Of a stretch of DNA of 42,117 bases, positions 26,180 through 34,792 are shown in pieces. Made by a program: the position numbers and the translations under genes. The DNA is from Verrucomicrobiales bacterium (lineage in GTDB: Bacteria; Verrucomicrobiota; Verrucomicrobiia; Limisphaerales; UBA1100): contig PBVU01000065.1 of NCBI GenBank assembly GCA_002728775.1, forward strand, positions 1-42,117. Direction: 5' to 3'. Positions within the stretch are counted from its first letter, which is position 1, and each line of letters opens with the position of its first letter. Under the pieces are notes generated by a model. It was given only the letters and a program-made list of their open reading frames with translations, was not told where the DNA came from and searched no databases.

Positions 26180-27069
26180 TGGAAGTCCAAAGCGATGTCC
26201 ACGGCCGCAGCAGAGTGGGTAAGCGCGCCGACGGAAATAAAGTCTACTCCGGTTTCGGCGATTCCCCGGATGTTGTCCAGCGTGACTCCTCCGCTGGCTT
26301 CAAGCCGGCTACGCCGGCCGTTGGCACGGACGATTTTCCGGATCACATCGGGCTTCATATTGTCCAGGAGTACAATGTCCGCGCCGGCCTCAATGGCTGC
26401 GAGCGCCTGCTCGGGTGTGTCTGCCTCGATCTCAATTTTTAGTTTGGGGTGTTCATTTCGCGCACGGTTAATTGCAGTGGCGATGGGGTTGGGCTCGTTG
26501 TGCAGGGCCGCCAAGTGATTGTCCTTGATGAGCACCATGTCATGCAGGCCCATACGGTGGTTATGCCCGCCGCCTCTGGCCACGGCATACTTCTCCAGCA
26601 TGCGCCACCCAGGAGTGGTTTTGCGCGTATCCAGTAGGCGCGCCTTGGTGCCAGCAATTTCCTGAAAAAATCTATTCGTCAGCGTTGCGATGCCGCTGAG
26701 TCTTTGCAGGTAATTCAAGGCGGTGCGCTCGCTGGACAGGATGGCGCGTGTGGCGCCTTCGACCTGCATCAGTGGTTTGCCCGATTCCAGTGTATCGCCG
26801 TCCATGGACAGTGAGGTGATTTTGAGTTTGGGGCAGATTTCATGGAAGGCGGTTTGCGCCAGAGGCAGGCCGGCGACTGTCAGTGGTTGGCGAGAAACGA
26901 TAAGTCCGTTGGACAGTGCATCCGAAGGAATCAGCGCGTTGCTGGTTGCGTCGCCCTGGCCAATATCCTCGGCAAGCGCGCGGCGGACATGTTCACAACA
27001 GGCAGCTTGATCCAGATCAGGCACGGGGAGAGCATGGAAGAGTAATGCGGGTGGTGGCAATTCTTTCAA
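26176..27069 (-). CDS. nadC: nicotinate-nucleotide diphosphorylase (carboxylating)
   Basis: ALAEDIGQGDATS, ERTALNYLQRLSGIAT, LDTRKTTPG, HR.GL.D..LIKDNH and LDNM are present. The start is uncertain: the TTG at 27069 is the longest option. Confidence 0.9.
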   Translation of the reverse strand: MKELPPPALLFHALPVPDLDQAACCEHVRRALAEDIGQGDATSNALIPSDALSNGLIVSRQPLTVAGLPLAQTAFHEICPKLKITSLSMDGDTLESGKPLMQVEGATRAILSSERTALNYLQRLSGIATLTNRFFQEIAGTKARLLDTRKTTPGWRMLEKYAVARGGGHNHRMGLHDMVLIKDNHLAALHNEPNPIATAINRARNEHPKLKIEIEADTPEQALAAIEAGADIVLLDNMKPDVIRKIVRANGRRSRLEASGGVTLDNIRGIAETGVDFISVGALTHSAAAVDIALDFQ

Positions 27070-27113
27070 AGAAATTTCGTGAAATTTTCCCGAGGGCAGC
27101 GTAGATTATCCCC

Positions 27114-28076
27114 ATGGCAAATGTCATCATTCGTCCGGACTGGGTGCTGCCTGAGAAACTTGTCACGCCCGAGGAGGTTTATCGCAATCGAAGGACATTC
27201 CTGCGCACCATGGGTGTGGCCGGAGCGGGGCTGATTGGAGGATCCGCAATGGGGGCGGCCAAGGATGTCGCGAAGTATTATCCCGCGAAAAAGAATCCAG
27301 CTCTTTCCTCGAAACTTGCCGCCGGCGATCGGATGACCAAGGAGGAATGGGCAACGGGCTACAATAATTTCTATGAGTTCACAACTCGCAAGGAGTGGGT
27401 GAAGCACCCGCATTTCATGGGCAAATTTGTCGTGGATCCGTGGAAGGTTCGGATCGACGGCCTTTGCAATAAGCCCTTTGACGGCGATGCCTATGATCTG
27501 ATCGGCGAGATGGGCAAGCAGGGCAAGCTTGAGGATCGAACCTATCGTTTTCGCTGTGTGGAAGCATGGTCAATGATTGTGCCATGGACGGGATTCCAGT
27601 TGTCTGAATTGATCAAACTCGTGGAACCAAAAGCCGAGGCAAAATTTGTGCGCATGACGACGGCGGTTGACTTCAAGACCATGCCGGGTGCTGCCCAAAT
27701 GAAGAATTACACTTGGCCTTATCAGGAGGGCTTGCGCATGGATGAAGCCATGCATCCGCTGACGATCATGGCCACCGGCATGTACGGCAAGCCGCTGCCA
27801 AAGCAGAATGGCGCTCCCCTGCGCCTGATTGTACCGTGGAAATACGGCTACAAGAGTATTAAGTCCATCGTGAGAATTGAGCTGGTGGCGAAACAGCCGA
27901 AAACCTTCTGGGAAATTGCCAACCCCAAGGAATATCCCTTTGAGTCTAACGTGGATCCAGCGGTGCCCCATCCCCGGTGGTCCCAGGCGACCGAGCAAGT
28001 GCTCGGCTTGGGGCACCGAATCAATACGCTCAAGTACAATGGCTTTGGCAAAGAGGTGGCTGCCTTGTACAAATAG
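27114..28076 (+). CDS. msrP: protein-methionine-sulfoxide reductase catalytic subunit MsrP (YedY-type molybdoenzyme)
   Basis: Tat signal RRTFLRTMGVAGAG. Long collinear identity with what I recall of E. coli MsrP: YNNFYEF, YRFRCVEAWSM.VPW.GF, EGLR.DEAMHPLT, QNGAP.RLIVPWKYG.K.IKSIV, HPRWSQATE. Confidence 0.93.
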   Translation: MANVIIRPDWVLPEKLVTPEEVYRNRRTFLRTMGVAGAGLIGGSAMGAAKDVAKYYPAKKNPALSSKLAAGDRMTKEEWATGYNNFYEFTTRKEWVKHPHFMGKFVVDPWKVRIDGLCNKPFDGDAYDLIGEMGKQGKLEDRTYRFRCVEAWSMIVPWTGFQLSELIKLVEPKAEAKFVRMTTAVDFKTMPGAAQMKNYTWPYQEGLRMDEAMHPLTIMATGMYGKPLPKQNGAPLRLIVPWKYGYKSIKSIVRIELVAKQPKTFWEIANPKEYPFESNVDPAVPHPRWSQATEQVLGLGHRINTLKYNGFGKEVAALYK

Positions 28077-28098
28077 CGATTCTTAACGGTTTCTATCC

Positions 28099-29502
28099 AT
28101 GCCTGCCCCCGTGGTTACTGTCGCGCAGATGCGCGATTGGGAGGCGGCGGCGTGGGCTGATGGCCGTGATGTCGCCGAAGTGATGCGGCTGGCTGGCGGC
28201 GCGGTTGCCCGGAGTGCAACGGCACTTACTTGTGAGAGGGATTTCATTCTACTTCTTGTCGGCCCGGGAAACAATGGTGGGGACACCAAGCTTGCTGCAG
28301 AACAGATAACCGGCAGATCGCTGGAGGTGATTGATGTTGATGGCCTGAAGGACATTCAGAAGATCAAGAAGGGGCTCGAACGGAAGCCCGGATTGATTGT
28401 GGATGGTTTGTTCGGGATCGGCCTTAACCGCCCTCTGAACGAAGACTGGAGGGAGGTAATCAAGGTGGTAAATAGATCGAACGTTCCCGTGTTGGCGGTG
28501 GATGTGCCTTCCGGCCTGAATGCTGATGATGGGCGTGCCATGGGGGCGGCCATTCAAGCTTCCGTGACGCTGACGTTCGGCGGGCCCAAAGTGGGGTTGC
28601 TGGTCGGTGAATCTGCCCGCCATGTGGGCCGCTTGGAAGTTGCGCCTGAAATCGGTCTTGGCGAATGCCCAACACAAACTGAATGGAGATGGGTGTTGGG
28701 TGAAGATTTTAAAGGGTTTCCCCCGGTGCGAGCGGCGAACACGCACAAGGGGGATTATGGCCATCTTGGAATTGTGGCAGGAAGTTTGGGATTTCATGGG
28801 GCGGCTGTGCTGGCTGCCCGGGCGGCGTTGAAGGCAGGGCCGGGCTTGGTTACGCTGGTGGTTCCGGAAAATATTTATGAGCCTGTGTCAAAACAGCTTC
28901 GCGCCCCGATGGTTCACCCATGGTCCGAGCAGGCAAAACGGGCGCTGGGCAATTGCAGCGCCGTTCTGGCAGGGCCGGGATTGGCGTCGGATGATCTCCC
29001 GGACGACTTGCGCAAGTGGGTTGTTAGCGCTTGGAGCGTAGACTCACGGCCAATGGTTGTCGATGCCAGCGCCTTAAATTGGATTAAGCTCTCTGAAACG
29101 GCCAACAACGGGTTCGCCCGGATCGTAACCCCGCATCCGGGGGAGACCGCAAGGCTGCTTGAAACCTCAACGGATAAGATTCAGGTAAACCGGCCCGGCG
29201 CATTACGGCTGTTAGCGCAGCGTCTTGGATGCCGGGTTGTTTTGAAGGGAAATCACACACTTATTGGGGAACACGAGGGCAGCATTGTAGTCAATTCGAG
29301 CGGCAATCCATTTCTTGCACAAGGAGGGAGCGGGGATGTACTTGCGGGTTTTTTGGCTGGCTGGCTGGCTCAACCCAAATTGCAGGGTAACTTGGACCAG
29401 TTGACGGCTTACGCTGTCTGGAAGCATGGAGCGGCTGCTGATGCGTTGTCAGCAGCCGGTCGTGATATTTGGGGAATGGATGAGCTGGTGGCGGAGTTGT
29501 AA
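28099..29502 (+). CDS. nnr: bifunctional NAD(P)H-hydrate epimerase / ADP-dependent dehydratase
   Basis: N-terminal YjeF-N (GPGNNGGDT, DGLFGIGL, DVPSGL) and a C-terminal carbohydrate-kinase-like domain (HKGDYGH, GPGL, TPHPGE, KG..T.I, GGSGDVLAG). Confidence 0.9.
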   Translation: MPAPVVTVAQMRDWEAAAWADGRDVAEVMRLAGGAVARSATALTCERDFILLLVGPGNNGGDTKLAAEQITGRSLEVIDVDGLKDIQKIKKGLERKPGLIVDGLFGIGLNRPLNEDWREVIKVVNRSNVPVLAVDVPSGLNADDGRAMGAAIQASVTLTFGGPKVGLLVGESARHVGRLEVAPEIGLGECPTQTEWRWVLGEDFKGFPPVRAANTHKGDYGHLGIVAGSLGFHGAAVLAARAALKAGPGLVTLVVPENIYEPVSKQLRAPMVHPWSEQAKRALGNCSAVLAGPGLASDDLPDDLRKWVVSAWSVDSRPMVVDASALNWIKLSETANNGFARIVTPHPGETARLLETSTDKIQVNRPGALRLLAQRLGCRVVLKGNHTLIGEHEGSIVVNSSGNPFLAQGGSGDVLAGFLAGWLAQPKLQGNLDQLTAYAVWKHGAAADALSAAGRDIWGMDELVAEL

Positions 29503-29553
29503 TTGAAATTTGATTGCGCGGCGGGCGCGTTTCCGGTTCACATCGGGAAGGAC

Positions 29554-30684
29554 ATGAGGGTGTTGCGGTTTTTGTTTTTGGCATGGATGGGAGTGCGCGC
29601 CTTTGCGCAACCCGCCCCCCTCCTGTACGAACTGACAAATCAGCAGCAAATTCCGGGAGACCAAATTGTATCCCTGACTCCACAAGGGGTTCGGTTCCGC
29701 ATTCAATTTCAGCCGACGGATGTTATCCCATGGGCGGCACTGACTACCAATTCGGTGCAGCACATTCTTGGGCGATTACAAAGAGAGCCCGTCTACTTGC
29801 AATTGCAGCCGACACTGCAGGCGGCAGTCTTTTCGGCAATTCAACAACGATTGAGACCAGCGGCGCCAGTAATTCCCGGGGTTCAACCCGTTGCGCCAAT
29901 CTCAGGTGCCACCAATACGGCATCCGCGGGTGTGGGCCTTCCAGCGGCACCGCCAGATGAGCAGCCAGTCCGCCCCTCGCTGGCACCCTTGGCACCTTCC
30001 AGTTGGCGAAATATGCCCAAGGGTTTCGTGCCCCAGAGCGGGAAGAGCATCAATGAGCAGGGTCTGGTAGGGAGTTTGTTTGGCAGCCCAATCATGCTTT
30101 TTTTCCTCCTCCTGTTGCTGGGAGCTAATTTTTATCTGGCGCGAGAGATTGCGGATTGCAAAGGGCGGCCGCGCGGGCTGGTTTGTGGTTTGTCCTTTGT
30201 TGCCCCGTTTGTCGTTCCACTGGTGTTTGCAATGATGCCGATGACAGCGGGGAAGGCAGCAGTCGTGGGTCCACGATCAAGAGTTGCAGAGGCGGCTGAA
30301 AAGGCGAAAACACGCTCCATGGAAGCAGCCGCAAAACCCGCACCTTCGGCACGAAAACCAAACCCCAAGCCGCCTCCCGAAGCACAGCCGGAGGCCCAAT
30401 CGCAGCCACAGCAACCTGCGGTCAACGGCTATTACCACAGAAGTCAAGTGAAGTTTAACCGGAATTTTTTCGTCACTGAATTGATGCGTTTCAGCCGGGC
30501 GGTTCCCGTGGGGGAATGGATGGTGGTCCGGACAATCGCTGGTGAAGAAATGTGGGCGGCGCGCGTAACAGCGGTCAATGAGGAAGGTGTGGCCTTTTCC
30601 GTGGCTGTGGGAGAAATTTGGGCGGACAAGGCGCTGGCTTATCATCAAATCAACGAGATATTTATCCAGCCCATGGAAGGCTGA
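29554..30684 (+). CDS. hypothetical membrane protein: signal peptide, small N-domain, Pro/Ala linker, two TM helices, Pro/Gln/Lys linker, about 90-aa C-domain
   Basis: The ORF fills the nnr-adk gap exactly, and its stop lies 3 nt before the adk ATG. Signal peptide MRVLRFLFLAWMGVRAFA, hydrophobic segments IMLFFLLLLLGANFYLA and LVCGLSFVAPFVVPLVFAMMPM. I recognise no family motif. Confidence 0.6.
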   Translation: MRVLRFLFLAWMGVRAFAQPAPLLYELTNQQQIPGDQIVSLTPQGVRFRIQFQPTDVIPWAALTTNSVQHILGRLQREPVYLQLQPTLQAAVFSAIQQRLRPAAPVIPGVQPVAPISGATNTASAGVGLPAAPPDEQPVRPSLAPLAPSSWRNMPKGFVPQSGKSINEQGLVGSLFGSPIMLFFLLLLLGANFYLAREIADCKGRPRGLVCGLSFVAPFVVPLVFAMMPMTAGKAAVVGPRSRVAEAAEKAKTRSMEAAAKPAPSARKPNPKPPPEAQPEAQSQPQQPAVNGYYHRSQVKFNRNFFVTELMRFSRAVPVGEWMVVRTIAGEEMWAARVTAVNEEGVAFSVAVGEIWADKALAYHQINEIFIQPMEG

Positions 30685-30687
30685 ATT

Positions 30688-31272
30688 ATGAAGTACAAGA
30701 CCATTCTGCTTTTTGGCGCACCCGGCTCAGGCAAGGGAACGCAGGGCCGCGTTCTTGGCCGTGTGCCCAATTATTTTTATTTTTCCTGCGGCGATGTTTT
30801 CCGAAACCTGCGGCCGGAGGATCCCTTGGGAAGAAAGTTCATGGAGTTTTCAAGCCGGGGGGAACTTGTTCCTGATGAATTGACGGTTGAGCTTTGGCAA
30901 AAACACCTGGATGCCTGCACGCGCGATGGTGAGTTTCATCCGGAACATGACTGGTTGGTGCTTGATGGGATCCCCCGCAATACCAGCCAAGTGGATATCA
31001 TGAATGACTCCATCAGCGTTCATGCGGTTTTGCACCTGGCCTGCAATGACATGAGCAAAATGGAGGAGCGAATCCAGAGGCGCGCCCTCAAGGAGAATCG
31101 CTTGGACGACGGAAATGTGGAAACCATCCGTCACCGCTTCAAGACCTACATTGAAGAGACTCAACCCGTGCTGGACAAGTACAGGTCTGAAATCGTTCAT
31201 GACATTGACTCCACGGACACGCCACTGAATGTGTTCGCCAACGTGGTGAAGATCGTGCAATCCCTTAACTAG
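30688..31272 (+). CDS. adk: adenylate kinase family protein (short-LID type)
   Basis: P-loop LLFGAPGSGKGTQG, GELVPDE, LDGIPR and R.DD....I..R...Y. 194 aa. Confidence 0.8.
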   Translation: MKYKTILLFGAPGSGKGTQGRVLGRVPNYFYFSCGDVFRNLRPEDPLGRKFMEFSSRGELVPDELTVELWQKHLDACTRDGEFHPEHDWLVLDGIPRNTSQVDIMNDSISVHAVLHLACNDMSKMEERIQRRALKENRLDDGNVETIRHRFKTYIEETQPVLDKYRSEIVHDIDSTDTPLNVFANVVKIVQSLN

Positions 31273-32235
31273 GTGACAGCTCCGCTTCGGGTGATTTTCA
31301 TGGGGACGGCCGAGTTGGCCTGCCCGGGCCTGGTTGCACTCCATGAATCAGAGTTTGCCGAGGTGGTTGCGGTGATTTCGCAACCCGATCGGCCCCGGGG
31401 CCGTAAAATGGATCTGCAACCGACCTTTGTTAAGAAGTGCGCTTTGAATCTTGGCCTGCAGGTTTATCAGCCAGCCACCCTTCGGGATAGCGATGCATTT
31501 GACATGCTGGCAAGACTCCGGCCCGATGTCATCGTGGTGATCGCCTATGGTCAAATCCTGCCAGCAGCAATTCTCGAACTGCCTCCTTATGGCTGCCTGA
31601 ATGTCCACACGTCACTCCTGCCAAAATACCGCGGTGCAGCCCCAATCCAATGGGCACTGTACAACGGGGACACCGAGACAGGGGTTACGCTCATGAAAAT
31701 GGATGCCGGACTGGATACGGGCGATATTGTGTCGATTTCTAAAACACCGATCGGTTCACTTGATAACGCGCAGACTCTGCATGACCGCCTCGCCGAAATG
31801 GGCGCGGCCCTTCTTGTTGAATCGTTGCCGGCATACACCTTGGGTGAAATTGACCTCGTGCCTCAGGCCCATGAAGAAGCTTCCACTGCCCGGAAGATCA
31901 TCAAGGAAGATGGGCGCATAGACTGGTCTCGCTCGGCACATGCATTGCTCCAAGTTATCCGCGCCTTCACCCCCTGGCCGGGGGCGTTTACGGAAGTTCC
32001 ATCCATGAATATGGCACTGCTAAAGATATGGGAGGCGGAGGTGTTGGAGGGCGATGGCCCCGAGGGCGAAGTCATTGTGGCGGACGAGTCAGGCATTGTG
32101 GTCGCATGCGGCGAACAGGCCTTAAGATTGACGATGGTTCAGCGGGAAGGAGGCAGGCGCATGGCGGCCGCTGAATTCCTGCGCGGCTGCACGCTTGAAG
32201 CCGGCACTGTTCTTGGCGCTAGGGGGCGCTCCTAA
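31273..32235 (+). CDS. fmt: methionyl-tRNA formyltransferase
   Basis: RVIFMGT.E.A, QPDRPRGR, YGQILP, NVH.SLLPKYRGAAPIQWA...GD.ETGVT.M.MD.GLDTGD. GTG start directly after the adk stop. Confidence 0.93.
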   Translation: MTAPLRVIFMGTAELACPGLVALHESEFAEVVAVISQPDRPRGRKMDLQPTFVKKCALNLGLQVYQPATLRDSDAFDMLARLRPDVIVVIAYGQILPAAILELPPYGCLNVHTSLLPKYRGAAPIQWALYNGDTETGVTLMKMDAGLDTGDIVSISKTPIGSLDNAQTLHDRLAEMGAALLVESLPAYTLGEIDLVPQAHEEASTARKIIKEDGRIDWSRSAHALLQVIRAFTPWPGAFTEVPSMNMALLKIWEAEVLEGDGPEGEVIVADESGIVVACGEQALRLTMVQREGGRRMAAAEFLRGCTLEAGTVLGARGRS

Positions 32236-34748
32236 CGTAGAGGCGCAACAAACTCCACTTTCTTCTCAGCCAAGTGGCGTGGCGCAGAGGTCGTCATGGC
32301 CCGAATCAGCAAGGGGGCATTCCATGGTCCGGGCGAATCGCCGATTTTAACCTTGAGCAATACTTTTGACTCATTTGGTCTCAGCAATGCCGGTTCAGCA
32401 AAGATGTCGTTTATGTGGCCGGGGAGAAGTAGTTCCACGCGCATGGGCTGCGTGCGCACCGCAGGCTCGCGACGGATGGTGACTGGGATAACGATTTCAC
32501 TATTTGGTCTCGCGGTGAACGAATTTGAACTGGTCTGAACCGTGACCAAACCTTCGGCCGCAACACTGATGAGTTGGTCATCCCGTTCGCGGGAGGTGTA
32601 GCTGATCTTGTGTTTTGACCCATCAAAATCGGTCATTTCACCGATAAGCATCACGCACACGCGGCTGGTCCGCCCAACTTCAATGCGGGCAGGAAACTTG
32701 ACCGGGAATGCAAAATCATCCGTTCCTTCCGGAACTGTTACAATGTGATCCCTCACGCCCTGCAGATGGCGGATCTGCTTGTCGGCCAAGCGCACGGTGA
32801 TGGGCCCCGTAAAGTCGCCGCGGTCAATCGAATACTTACGATGATAGGTTGTGCCCCCGGGAAGCCCGGTAATGATTCGATAGACACCCCGGTGCTTAAA
32901 GGGCACTGCTGGGACAACACCGATGCGAAGACTACTGGTGCCGTCCACCGCCGTGGCCGCCCGCGTGATGGATTTCCCATCAAGCATGGCGGTTCCCTCG
33001 ATGATTAATTCGCTTGAGGAAATCTTGGTGCTGGCCAAGGCAATAAACACCAACTCAGCTGAACTGGCTCCGGCTGCAATGGTGGTGTTGTGCACAGATA
33101 CATTTTCAGGCAACCCGGAAATCTTTAACTGCACTTCACCCTTAAAGTTTCCGAGGCGGCTCAGGGCAACCTTGAATTTGGGTCGGCGCTTGGCGTCTTC
33201 GGCTTTCAACTTTTTGACTGATTGCTGTGCTATACGACTTTCCGAGGAGAGTTCGCGTATTCGCATGGCAGCCCTGGGGTCAGATTTTCTCACTGCTTGG
33301 GCGGCTTTCAGTTCAGTGGCAATTTGGAAGATTCGTTTTTCGAGGGTAGCAATTTCCTCTTCGTTTGTTTCCAAGCCCCCTTTTGGGTCACGCGTTACAT
33401 TGTAAAATAATGCTGGGAGAGTGATTGAGAATCCTGGGGTTTCAGTTTCGGTCGCGGTGAGCCGATAGGCAAAATCCAGACCACCACGTGAGTTGAATCG
33501 ATCCCGAATTTTGAGAGTGAATTCACCTGCCTTCTTGGAGCTAAACTCGATGCGCGGATCGGGGTTGTCCTTGGCTCGATCATCGTTGGTGGCCATTTGC
33601 CTGCCCTCGGAATCGTACAGGGTGAGCACGGCGTCGAGCGGACTGCCGAGCTTGGCCGCGGCAAGGTCGAGGGTGATTTTTCGGTTTTCCCGGAGATTGA
33701 TTTTCCACTCATCGGTTTCACCGGGCTTGGCAATGCGCCCATTGAAAATGATCGGAGCCGTGGCAGTTGATTTTTTTGGCTCAAGTTGTTCGGGGAAATC
33801 GCTGACAACGAAACGAGCGGTGCCCCAGTGTTTGATTGCAGCGATATGTGAATTTGCCGAAACAGTTTCGAAGGATACAACGGAGCGCTGGGAGGGCAGG
33901 GCGGGTCCATTTAATTCGGCCTCAATGGCAGTGCCGCGTTGTGCGCCCAGTGGAAATTGGCTGAGGATGTGCGGGCCTCGCTTTAGCGTAAGCCTGTAGA
34001 CGTGGTTCTGTAGGCCCCAAAACTTGGCGTCTCGGATGTGCACTGCGTAACGGCCATCACGTGGTGCCTTGAACCAGTGAATGGGATCGCCACCGCGCAA
34101 AGTTTTATTCGTGGCGACCGGATTGTTTTTCTCATCCCGAACAGCGAGTACGATGTTGAGGGGTGAGCCAAATCGTTTGGCAGCGGCATCGCATACGATC
34201 GTTTCGCCGGCCTTGGCGGCAAAAGTCCACACATCCACGTCCTCACGTGGGAATATGCGGCCGTTGGCCGTAACCGGAAGGGTAATTTTCTGCGGAATGG
34301 GTCGGCCATCAATTTCTGTTTCCATTACTTCCGGGAAGTCGCCGATGACAAATTTCAGTGTTTTCGTGACGCCCTGCGAAGTCCAGCAGCGCCATAATCG
34401 CTCCCCAAGAGCTGCGTCCTTGGCAACAATGAACGTGTTTAGGTGGTCTTTCGGGTAGTCCTCGCTCCGTTGCGAAAGTGGCTGGTGAATGAGCGGCCCC
34501 TCAAACCAAATCGTGTGCGTTCGCTTGATGATGGGCTGGAATTGCACGCCGTCTCCCAGCATTTCAAAGTTCGCTTGGCCGTGAAAATAGTATCCGCCAA
34601 TACGGACGGGCACGGTGGTGCCGCGCTGGGCACCGGCAGGATAGATGTATTCAATGTCAGGTGGCTCGGCAAATGCAGTGAACGGCATTGATGCCGCCAG
34701 GAACGCCGCTGGTATCTTGTTGGCGGTGGCTCTTTTGAAGCATATCAT
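32232..34748 (-). CDS. secreted multidomain protein with a duplicated [Ig-like + pre-peptidase-C-terminal (PPC)-like] module, a central coiled coil and C-terminal beta-rich domains
   Basis: Signal peptide MICFKRATANKIPAAFLAASMPFTAFA. There is an internal tandem repeat:
- YPAGAQRGTTV...NGRIFPREDVDVWTFAAKAGE..AAAKRFGSPLNIVLAVRD...YRLTL
- FPLGAQRGTAI...NGRIAKPGETDEWKINLRENR..AAAKLGSPLDAVLTLYD...YRLTA

The coiled coil is EEEIATLEKRIFQIATELKAAQ...KKLKAEDAKRR. An alternative GTG start at 34796 overlaps the upstream gene's stop. Confidence 0.65.
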   Translation of the reverse strand: MICFKRATANKIPAAFLAASMPFTAFAEPPDIEYIYPAGAQRGTTVPVRIGGYYFHGQANFEMLGDGVQFQPIIKRTHTIWFEGPLIHQPLSQRSEDYPKDHLNTFIVAKDAALGERLWRCWTSQGVTKTLKFVIGDFPEVMETEIDGRPIPQKITLPVTANGRIFPREDVDVWTFAAKAGETIVCDAAAKRFGSPLNIVLAVRDEKNNPVATNKTLRGGDPIHWFKAPRDGRYAVHIRDAKFWGLQNHVYRLTLKRGPHILSQFPLGAQRGTAIEAELNGPALPSQRSVVSFETVSANSHIAAIKHWGTARFVVSDFPEQLEPKKSTATAPIIFNGRIAKPGETDEWKINLRENRKITLDLAAAKLGSPLDAVLTLYDSEGRQMATNDDRAKDNPDPRIEFSSKKAGEFTLKIRDRFNSRGGLDFAYRLTATETETPGFSITLPALFYNVTRDPKGGLETNEEEIATLEKRIFQIATELKAAQAVRKSDPRAAMRIRELSSESRIAQQSVKKLKAEDAKRRPKFKVALSRLGNFKGEVQLKISGLPENVSVHNTTIAAGASSAELVFIALASTKISSSELIIEGTAMLDGKSITRAATAVDGTSSLRIGVVPAVPFKHRGVYRIITGLPGGTTYHRKYSIDRGDFTGPITVRLADKQIRHLQGVRDHIVTVPEGTDDFAFPVKFPARIEVGRTSRVCVMLIGEMTDFDGSKHKISYTSRERDDQLISVAAEGLVTVQTSSNSFTARPNSEIVIPVTIRREPAVRTQPMRVELLLPGHINDIFAEPALLRPNESKVLLKVKIGDSPGPWNAPLLIRAMTTSAPRHLAEKKVEFVAPLR

Positions 34749-34792
34749 TTTGAAATTCCAAACCGGTGGCCGCTGGCCTTGCCGGCAGCATG

